A stretch of DNA of 29,349 nt from a virus. Its lineage: Duplodnaviria > Caudoviricetes. Positions within the stretch are counted from its first letter, which is position 1. Each line of letters opens with the position of its first letter. Under the pieces are notes generated by a model. It saw nothing but the letters and a program-made list of their open reading frames with translations, made no database searches and had not been told where the DNA came from. Location of the stretch: positions 1 to 29,349 of the IMG/VR virus record IMGVR_UViG_3300007276_000206. One strand, written 5' to 3'. The translations under genes were made by a program, and so were the position numbers. Shown piece after piece: positions 21,941 to 28,538 of this stretch.

Positions 21941-22966
21941 TTACCCTTGTATTCCTGAACCGATTGCAGTCGCTTGTATCAGTGACTGACTTATCGCAGT
22001 CAAGTCATCCTGAACAACCAGTTGAAGTTCTTCACCTAAATCACCATCTACACGGACGACGACACCACGTTGTTCTTGACCGTTGAAACCAACTTCACAA
22101 ATGAACGAATGCAAACCACCACCGACCTTCTGTTGGAAGTAGTGTTCAAAACCACGTATTACTAATGCACCGTTACTCTTGTAATTGAATATATTAATGA
22201 ATGCACCATCAGACCGTTTAACACGTAACATCATACCAACTCTCAAAGCCGGTGCACTACCAAATGTTGAGAAGTCCATACTCGATGTTGCCTGAACAGC
22301 CCATTTAATTGCGTTTATATCACCCGATTGACCAGGGTCAGGTTTAATGGTGAATATAACTGGTGTAGTTGAACCGTCAACTCTCATATCACTGTTTGAC
22401 CGATTGAAGTTGATTCCTGTTTCATATACATCACCGATGATTTCATCAATCTCAATATCGTTACCAACTACACCAATGACAACAGATTGAGTGAAACCAC
22501 TCGCATTACTCAGTTCAATCACATTCCCTTCAGAGATACTGTGACCTGGTAACGCTTCAAAAAATCGTGATGTTGGATCAGTGTTTGCTGCAAGTTGAAA
22601 TGAACCGAGTCGCTGCAAGAATTTTATATCAAGCATGGGTGTAGTTTGATCCTGAATATATACAGCACCACCTATGTCACCACGGTCACTTATCTCAATA
22701 GGTACACGTTGCTCAGTAACAGTTAATGCTGAACGCTCTGTCATGGCTAATGCCCACACAGCAGTTTCAGTCATTGGTATGTTCAACGGTGGGTGTTCAC
22801 CACCTAACTCGTGGAAAACTGTATTTGACTTAGCAGGTTTCACGTCACTGAATACAATACGCACTGTGTCACGATGTGATTGCAACACCAATGATGAAGG
22901 TGTCAATGGATCAGAAGTGACCCTGACATACTGAGTCAAGTCAAGATTAGCACGAGTGGTGGTCAT
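21941..22966 (-). CDS. Hypothetical beta-rich protein, possibly a virion decoration protein, 341 aa
   Basis: Long ORF packed tightly (3-nt gaps) between the small virion gene and the portal gene; no function recognised. Confidence 0.75.
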   Translation of the reverse strand: MTTTRANLDLTQYVRVTSDPLTPSSLVLQSHRDTVRIVFSDVKPAKSNTVFHELGGEHPPLNIPMTETAVWALAMTERSALTVTEQRVPIEISDRGDIGGAVYIQDQTTPMLDIKFLQRLGSFQLAANTDPTSRFFEALPGHSISEGNVIELSNASGFTQSVVIGVVGNDIEIDEIIGDVYETGINFNRSNSDMRVDGSTTPVIFTIKPDPGQSGDINAIKWAVQATSSMDFSTFGSAPALRVGMMLRVKRSDGAFINIFNYKSNGALVIRGFEHYFQQKVGGGLHSFICEVGFNGQEQRGVVVRVDGDLGEELQLVVQDDLTAISQSLIQATAIGSGIQG

Positions 22967-22969
22967 CGA

Positions 22970-23188
22970 TTACTGCCCTAACAATGTCTTAGTAGCTGTC
23001 GAACCTGCTGCTTGTACACCACGTGCACTAGTCAGAATGGTACTTCGACCATCTGCTTGTCCTGACGCTGCTGCTCGACGACGTTTATCTTGTGCACCTG
23101 CTGCTTGACTTGAACCAGTGTCCGGTGCACGTGGTGCTTCCGGTACTGCTGGTGGTGGTGCTGGCGCTCTTGGTGAACCTCCACACAT
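22970..23188 (-). CDS. Small virion protein preceding the portal (T7 gp7.3-like position)
   Basis: MCGGSP, Pro-rich start, RRR...STILTS..G...KTLLGQ end typical of this podovirus gene; AGGAG RBS. Confidence 0.8.
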   Translation of the reverse strand: MCGGSPRAPAPPPAVPEAPRAPDTGSSQAAGAQDKRRRAAASGQADGRSTILTSARGVQAAGSTATKTLLGQ

Positions 23189-23239
23189 GGGAAATCTCCT
23201 GTCAAATAATTAGAATGATAGCATATACATTGTCAATGT

Positions 23240-24757
23240 CTATAAGTAGTCATCTGAGTTCATACTGTCTAACGGGTTATAATCTCCACGTGGTTTGTTA
23301 CGAACATATGGGTTGTGGTCAAGATGTCCACGTGGTGTCTCACGTTTCGGTACTGGTTCAGCAAACGTCAAGTACAATGCATCAGCCCAATCTGGTGACA
23401 CACCGAGTCGTTTCTTCATGTCCTTTTTACGTTCAAGCACAAGCTGATCTTTATCATTGTGACCGAACTCACGTGATGTCAATTCAATCTCAAGTTGTGG
23501 GTCATTAGGAATAGCACCACCGTCAAGCAACCACTGTCTACAATGTGAACCCATCTCAGCAGTACGCATTTTGAAGTGCTTCACATCAGCAGCATTATCA
23601 CCGAAACCTACATCAATGACATGATAACCAAGTTGACGCATTCTATCCGCAACCGGTCCACCCATTGAACCTTTATCCATGAAGGTGACATCAGGTTGAT
23701 GTCTATCAAGTATCATTTGTAACAGTGATACCACCTTCATTGAATCACGCGACTTCTCACCAGGTATCTTGTAAACCTTTTCAGACTTGGCATCTTTACC
23801 ACGTCGAAACTGAATCATACAGTTATCTTCACCACCGCGTGCCATATCAATACCACAGATTAATGGGTCATCACCAAGGTAAGCACCACTACCACGACGC
23901 ATTGCATCATAGACAACATCAGATGGTATGAACTGCATATCACCACCGTGTGGAAACATACCTCTAACACGCACTTTAACAAAGTCACTGTCTTCTCCAA
24001 AGTCATCTATCCATGTTTGAATCAATCGCTTGTTAGTCATCTTCGCAGTACGACTGTCAATCTGTCGCGTTATCCATCGGTGACTGTTCTTCCTGAAGCA
24101 TTCAAAGAATGAACCATTGTTACGTGTTGGGTTACCGAAACAGATGTGCATCGGTTCACCATCAGTCAGACCACCTTTAGCAACTTCCCATATCTTTTCA
24201 GGGATAGCTGATGCTTCATCGAATAAGTACCAAGGTGTCGAATCAGCAGCATGAAGACCTGCAAATGCTTCAGAGTTCTCTTCACGACATGTCTGTGCAT
24301 CGACTCGCCATGAGTCAGGATAGGCACGATGTACAATTGACATTGCATTCATCTGAAACCAGTGACCGGTAATACATCGATTACGCCACTTAGATACTTC
24401 AGACATTGTTTTAGTTTTGAGCTGGTCACCGGTGTTAGCTGTGACAACTCCTTTTGAATTGGGGCGTGTTGACATGATCCAGAGTATCAACCAAGCAGAC
24501 AGTGCTGACTTACCAATACCATGACCTGATGACACTGCAACTTGCACAGGGTCAACTGCATCAACACCGTTGAACTTACGTTCTTTAACTTCAGCACCTA
24601 TTGCATTGAGTATGTCAACTTGCCACTCATCCATTCCATCAAAACCACTCAATGATGTACCTTCTTCCCCCCACTGAAAAGCAAAGTTTACAAATCCAAC
24701 GGGGTCGTCGTAGTATTTACTGACTTCATCCGCAAGCGCGATATCCACATCTGACAT
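23240..24757 (-). CDS. terL: Terminase large subunit
   Basis: Walker A SSGHGIGKS, EAFAGLH, Walker B FDEASAI, FGNPTRN, nuclease motifs GIDMARGGED and SPDWADALYLTFA. Confidence 0.96.
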   Translation of the reverse strand: MSDVDIALADEVSKYYDDPVGFVNFAFQWGEEGTSLSGFDGMDEWQVDILNAIGAEVKERKFNGVDAVDPVQVAVSSGHGIGKSALSAWLILWIMSTRPNSKGVVTANTGDQLKTKTMSEVSKWRNRCITGHWFQMNAMSIVHRAYPDSWRVDAQTCREENSEAFAGLHAADSTPWYLFDEASAIPEKIWEVAKGGLTDGEPMHICFGNPTRNNGSFFECFRKNSHRWITRQIDSRTAKMTNKRLIQTWIDDFGEDSDFVKVRVRGMFPHGGDMQFIPSDVVYDAMRRGSGAYLGDDPLICGIDMARGGEDNCMIQFRRGKDAKSEKVYKIPGEKSRDSMKVVSLLQMILDRHQPDVTFMDKGSMGGPVADRMRQLGYHVIDVGFGDNAADVKHFKMRTAEMGSHCRQWLLDGGAIPNDPQLEIELTSREFGHNDKDQLVLERKKDMKKRLGVSPDWADALYLTFAEPVPKRETPRGHLDHNPYVRNKPRGDYNPLDSMNSDDYL

Positions 24758-25029
24758 TAGTTACATCTCCCATGATTAATATGAAAACCATATTCTAGTT
24801 CTGCTGACTTACGAACACATGCAGCTTCGAGCAAGTTATCATACCTACCGAGGAATATTTCTTTATGGTCTACGACTATTCTTGTGCGCCACTTATTACG
24901 AGTCTTACACCAACTTACACCATGTATACCACTATTGTTATTACTTTTGATTCTCAGGTTCTTACCGTTCTGATGTCGGTCAACGTCACGAAGGTTACAC
25001 CATCGATTGTCTGTACCATCACCGTTGAA
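24757..25029 (-). pseudogene. 5'-truncated HNH-AP2 homing endonuclease remnant
   Basis: Manual translation FNGDGTDNRWCNLRDVDRHQNGKNLRIKSNNNSGIHGVSWCKTRNKWRTRIVVDHKEIFLGRYDNLLEAACVRKSAELEYGFHINHGRCN*. No ATG/GTG/TTG start between the upstream in-frame TGA (25084-25086) and the HNH motif. Its stop overlaps the terL ATG (TAATG). Confidence 0.88.
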
Positions 25030-25030
25030 T

Positions 25031-25103
25031 TGGTGCTCATCACTGACAGGACTGCCGATAGGGTGACGGACTATCGTGGTGTCTCAAAAGGTCAGTGATG
25101 AGC
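25031..25103 (-). ncRNA. Putative structured tRNA-like hairpin RNA ending in ACCA (not a canonical tRNA)
   Basis: Perfect 13-bp inverted repeat (25035-25047 / 25091-25103), inner 6-bp stem CGATAG/CTATCG, loop TCCGTCACC, unpaired 3' ACCA. Confidence 0.45.
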
Positions 25104-25120
25104 TACTGAGAAGAATAGCA

Positions 25121-25573
25121 TTAGAAGAACGTCACGTCATCATCTTCTTGCACATCGTCGTCAGTAGCTGTCAAACGCTTTCTAGCAGCAACAAGTCTGT
25201 CCATGACATCAGCATCAGTGCTGACCTTTATCTTATCAGCAGCAAACGCATCGACACGCTTATGCTTACCCACCATGTTCAATGCAGTGTTACTCGCGGT
25301 AATGTTACCTTGCTGGCGTGCAATACGGTGATTATCCACCATCTCATACAGCAACCAGTCAGTATCAATCATGGTTTCTTCAAGTCGCTGTTGAATAATA
25401 TGCTCAATAGCTGCACTGACATCATCTTCTTCAAGCAGTTTGTAACCGTGGTCAGACGAATACCCAGCAGCTTCAGCAGCGCGACGTGTTGCAAAGTCCT
25501 TCATGTACTCGACAACAAAGTTCGCTTTTTTAGGTGGCAGCTTAATGATGTCTGCAATCGTTATTCTTCTCAT
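25121..25573 (-). CDS. terS: Terminase small subunit
   Basis: LPPKKANFVVEYMKDFATRRAAEAAGYS HTH motif, ALNMVGKH..V.AF; upstream of terL. Confidence 0.9.
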   Translation of the reverse strand: MRRITIADIIKLPPKKANFVVEYMKDFATRRAAEAAGYSSDHGYKLLEEDDVSAAIEHIIQQRLEETMIDTDWLLYEMVDNHRIARQQGNITASNTALNMVGKHKRVDAFAADKIKVSTDADVMDRLVAARKRLTATDDDVQEDDDVTFF

Positions 25574-26073
25574 AAGAAACTCACTTCGGATTCACTTAAT
25601 GCCTTTAAAGCATCGTCAATACTATCATAATAACCTAAAACCATCTTATTGTAATGACCATCAACTGACACCACTGTGTATTGTTTATGTTCAAAACAGT
25701 ACGACACCACTGTACTGTTCTTCGCTCTGTCACGGTGAACACGTGGTTGATCGAATGGTACAACGTAAAGGTTGTCAATACAGAACCTGGTATCACGTGG
25801 ATTCATTGTTCTGATTTTACCCATGATCAATTCACCGGTGACGTGTTGCCATACTATACGAAGACCACAATGTTTCTCACCATACTGTTTGATCTTATAC
25901 TCACCTAAACCCATACGACCTGCAACAGACCCAGGTTTAGCTCGTGACATTTTGGATATTGCATTCACTAGCTTACCGTCACTGTTGAAATACATATAAT
26001 CATCACTTAGTGCTTGCCACCGTAAACAACCTTCTTCATGGTCGTATGTGAACCTTTCTTGTAAGTGTTTCAT
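25570..26073 (-). CDS. Degenerate HNH-AP2-like DNA-binding protein (probable start ATG at 26073)
   Basis: ERFTYD.E.G.L.W...RAKPGSVAG...LRIVW..VTGE...IDNL...VSY....KQY...LGYYDSIDDALKA follows the HNH-AP2 layout. AGGAGA lies 6 nt before the ATG at 26073. ATGA-coupled to terS. Confidence 0.7.
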   Translation of the reverse strand: MKHLQERFTYDHEEGCLRWQALSDDYMYFNSDGKLVNAISKMSRAKPGSVAGRMGLGEYKIKQYGEKHCGLRIVWQHVTGELIMGKIRTMNPRDTRFCIDNLYVVPFDQPRVHRDRAKNSTVVSYCFEHKQYTVVSVDGHYNKMVLGYYDSIDDALKALSESEVSFL

Positions 26074-26482
26074 CAACATTCTCCTATTTGTGGGTACTAT
26101 ACCACTGAACAAGTTTTACAGCAATCAACATTCTCAGCGACACAATCCATGACAAATTGAATAAACGCGTCATCCAGCTACAGAGTACACCAATTCTACC
26201 TTTGAGCACATTAACAGGTAGTCAATGTCACATGACGCATCACCGATACTTGAAAGACCTTATTGTAGCGTATACCCCACAAACAGAATCTGAGTAACTT
26301 GTAAATTAGTTAAAATGTGTCATTTAATAAAATAAAAGAGTAAAAGAGTAGAAGAATCAACAACTTAACTAATGTCACTTATTGCGTAAAACACGTCATA
26401 AATGTGACATCGATGTGGCATGTGTCATTTCTCTTGTATATCAGTAACTTACGACCAGTGTTTTGTGGGACAAACCGTGTTG

Positions 26483-26512
26483 TTGACACACTGCTGTCTT
26501 TATTCGTATAAT
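26483..26512 (+). promoter_or_regulatory. Sigma70-type promoter of the lone plus-strand gene
   Basis: TTGACA (26483-26488), 18-nt spacer, TATAAT (26507-26512); GAGGA RBS at 26531-26535. Confidence 0.8.
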
Positions 26513-26541
26513 AACTGTCAATCTTTAACTGAGGAAACGAC

Positions 26542-26997
26542 ATGAACATCACATTATTAGCTGAACAAATCAAAATGAATGCACCAGACCTGTTGGTTGT
26601 GGTTACGCAACTAAACATGAAACACAAACTAGGCGTAGAAGATTTCTCTAACCTCACTGACCGACAGTACAACACCATCAGAGCGTTATTAGACCCTGAC
26701 TACCTGGTTAAGCTTTTAGGGTGTGGTAAGAGTGACAGAAAATACAATTACCATTACACACCAAGTTATGCACATATTGAACAGTGGATCTCTGACCGTG
26801 ACATCAACGGTGTTAGCACTAAAGAGATTCAGGATCAGCTACCTAACTTTATAACTCAACGAGGGCATCAGGTGATTGGTGCAGCTATGCGTGCAGCAGG
26901 TTATGAAAGTAGGGTTATCGTTCTTGATACAGGTAAACAGGGTCGCAGGTGGTTCAACGATGCATTGTTGAGTAAACCAGAAGTATCATTCATCTAA
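26542..26997 (+). CDS. Hypothetical protein with probable C-terminal winged-helix DNA-binding domain
   Basis: Has its own promoter, RBS and terminator. The C-terminal VSTKEIQDQL...IGAAMRAAGY..R.....GKQGRRWF resembles the wHTH tails of VapE/primase proteins. Confidence 0.75.
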   Translation: MNITLLAEQIKMNAPDLLVVVTQLNMKHKLGVEDFSNLTDRQYNTIRALLDPDYLVKLLGCGKSDRKYNYHYTPSYAHIEQWISDRDINGVSTKEIQDQLPNFITQRGHQVIGAAMRAAGYESRVIVLDTGKQGRRWFNDALLSKPEVSFI

Positions 26998-27003
26998 ACA
27001 ATA

Positions 27004-27027
27004 AAGCCGCAATTAAGCGGCTTCTTT
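27004..27027. terminator. Bidirectional intrinsic terminator between convergent genes
   Basis: AAGCCGC-AATTAA-GCGGCTT, followed by CTTT on plus and TATTGTTT on minus. Confidence 0.75.
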
Positions 27028-27044
27028 CATCTCAGCAGACAATT

Positions 27045-27155
27045 CTAAATCCACACATGCCATACCCCTTGTTTCAATATACACCGACGCACTGACTTAG
27101 AAGCCGCGAAAGCATGTGACAGTGCTAACCTTAGACTTGCCGACTTGATTAACAT
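27045..27155 (-). CDS. Possible 36-aa hypothetical protein
   Basis: MLIKSASLRLALSHAFAASKSVRRCILKQGVWHVWI; start overlaps the end of the previous ORF and it fills the gap before the terminator. No clear RBS. Confidence 0.3.
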   Translation of the reverse strand: MLIKSASLRLALSHAFAASKSVRRCILKQGVWHVWI

Positions 27156-27391
27156 AGATAAAGTACCACCGATGTGACAATTGCACCTGTAATGATGAAC
27201 GACACCTTTGCGAGTGTGTAACACACATCATCAACTCTATGTGTTTCTAACTTCTTGAAACATTGAACCCAATGTGGTGAACGGATCAAGATTTCACCGG
27301 TAGCATCCACCTTCAGCTCAACATCTTCTCTAACATCAACCACTGTTACAGGACCTTTCATTGGGTCGATTAACCTATCACCTATGTTCAT
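27149..27391 (-). CDS. Hypothetical protein with C-terminal transmembrane segment
   Basis: AGGAG RBS, ATGA coupling; small beta N-domain (IGDRLIDPMKGPVTVVDV) and hydrophobic C-terminus. Confidence 0.7.
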   Translation of the reverse strand: MNIGDRLIDPMKGPVTVVDVREDVELKVDATGEILIRSPHWVQCFKKLETHRVDDVCYTLAKVSFIITGAIVTSVVLYLC

Positions 27392-27522
27392 GATGCTTCT
27401 CCTTCAGCGAAACCTTTTTCATAGTCGATGTACCGAGTTGAACCCTCAGCATACGTGTTGTTGTACTCACCATTCTGACCATCGGTGAACCCGACTTTAT
27501 ATGCACGTGTTTGCTTCTTCAT
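27388..27522 (-). CDS. 44-aa protein with Rmf/CrpP-like pattern
   Basis: Below the ORF-track cutoff: MKKQTRAYKVGFTDGQNGEYNNTYAEGSTRYIDYEKGFAEGEAS. Coupled at both ends (TAATG and ATGA); GGAG upstream. Confidence 0.75.
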   Translation of the reverse strand: MKKQTRAYKVGFTDGQNGEYNNTYAEGSTRYIDYEKGFAEGEAS

Positions 27523-27713
27523 TAACCTTCTCCCATGTAATGTTCACACATGTAAGCAATGTACATCGGGTCATTCTCTTGCCCGACAACCTTGTTGATA
27601 CGTTCAATGTTAGGTTGAACCACTTGCTCACAGATAGCTTTAGCGTGCTTCAACTTGGCAATGAGTCGCAATTCTTTCCTGCTGAATAAATCTTTCAATG
27701 TAATAGTTTTCAC
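27522..27713 (-). CDS. Hypothetical protein, 63 aa (GTG start)
   Basis: AAGGTGA RBS-like sequence, first gene after a promoter, TAATG-coupled downstream. Confidence 0.7.
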   Translation of the reverse strand: MKTITLKDLFSRKELRLIAKLKHAKAICEQVVQPNIERINKVVGQENDPMYIAYMCEHYMGEG

Positions 27714-27747
27714 ATGTCACCTTTATATATTATTAAACTCAGTCATG

Positions 27748-27777
27748 AGTATAGTACCACATTGTTCCACATGTCAA
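27748..27777 (-). promoter_or_regulatory. Sigma70-type promoter with 17-bp operator-like spacer
   Basis: Minus strand TTGACA-T-GTGGAACAATGTGGTAC-TATACT (18-nt spacer). Confidence 0.75.
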
Positions 27778-27786
27778 GCATCAGAC

Positions 27787-27813
27787 ACAAAAAGCCGACT
27801 GTTACATCGGCTT
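27787..27813 (-). terminator. Intrinsic terminator after mazG
   Basis: Minus strand AAGCCGA-TGTAACAG-TCGGCTT-TTTGT. Confidence 0.75.
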
Positions 27814-27834
27814 AGTTATTACACTGTCAATTGG

Positions 27835-28458
27835 TTAAGCTTTATCAGCGCGATCCTGTGCTTGCTGGTCACTGTAATTATGACCTTTGTAGCGTTTACC
27901 CAATTTCTCGATGTTCGCTTCAATGGTTTCTTCACGAGTGATACCAAGGCCCTGACGTAACCCTTCCATGTAGAACTCAAGATCACCAAGTTCTTCAATG
28001 ATGTTCTCCATGTCAATCTGTTTACGGTACATCACAGCTTTCTTCACAGCATCAAGTAACTCACCAGATTCACCACTGATACCCACAGCCATGTGCAGTG
28101 TATGAGCATCACCAGCAGTCAACTGATCAACAATGTCCTGACCAGGTTTAGCAAGTTGCGCCACCATGTCACTATGGTTGATTGATTCAACATTGATACC
28201 ATCTTCGTTATCTGCATCAGATAATTTAACTTCAACACCTTCAACAAGTACGGGCATGGTGAAACCTTGAGCTTCAGCACCGTCTTTAGCCATTTGATAA
28301 TGAGCAAGGAATTCAACAGGGAAACCTTCATGGTTCGTGGAAATAAACATTGATTGAGTTAAACCACTTTCTTTCAATCGTTTATCCCACTCACTTTTAC
28401 CTTGTTCAAAGATTTCATTTACTATTTCTTGCGTCAATTCTTCGTTTTGTTCAGACAT
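27835..28458 (-). CDS. mazG: MazG-like nucleotide pyrophosphohydrolase with N-terminal extension
   Basis: GISGESGELLDAVKK...IIEELGDLEFY...ANIEKLGKRY (ExxE...ExxD metal motif); GAGGTGA RBS. Confidence 0.9.
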   Translation of the reverse strand: MSEQNEELTQEIVNEIFEQGKSEWDKRLKESGLTQSMFISTNHEGFPVEFLAHYQMAKDGAEAQGFTMPVLVEGVEVKLSDADNEDGINVESINHSDMVAQLAKPGQDIVDQLTAGDAHTLHMAVGISGESGELLDAVKKAVMYRKQIDMENIIEELGDLEFYMEGLRQGLGITREETIEANIEKLGKRYKGHNYSDQQAQDRADKA

Positions 28459-28509
28459 ACGTCACCTCAGTTATTTAAATAAGTCAGCAGCTCTCACCAC
28501 TGACTCTGT

Positions 28510-28538
28510 ATTATAGTGGAACAATGTTCTACTGCAAG
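28510..28538 (-). promoter_or_regulatory. Sigma70-type promoter of mazG with 17-bp palindromic operator
   Basis: Minus strand CTTGCA-GTAGAACATTGTTCCAC-TATAAT. Confidence 0.7.

Noticed and set aside
25031-25103. Canonical tRNA gene
   Set aside because: No D arm, no GTTCRA T-loop and no cloverleaf; reported only as a tRNA-like hairpin.
25076-25630. 184-aa plus-strand ORF and the other plus-strand or nested ORFs in the track (e.g. 6543..7031, 10425..10835, 23092..23508)
   Set aside because: They are antisense or alternative-frame shadows of well-supported minus-strand genes and have no recognisable motifs.
26074-26112. TTG start at 26112 for the HNH-like gene
   Set aside because: An AGGAGA RBS is correctly spaced for the ATG at 26073, so the 13-codon extension is probably not translated.
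23227-26229. GTCAATGTC at 23232-23240 and 26221-26229, plus the ACATTG-T-CAATGT palindrome at 23227-23239, as a late-promoter motif
   Set aside because: Only 9 bp, also present inside a coding region (14431), and no -10 element at a consistent spacing; insufficient evidence.
26379-26678. 99-aa minus-strand ORF
   Set aside because: Overlaps the plus-strand gene and its consensus promoter, TTG start, no recognisable motif.
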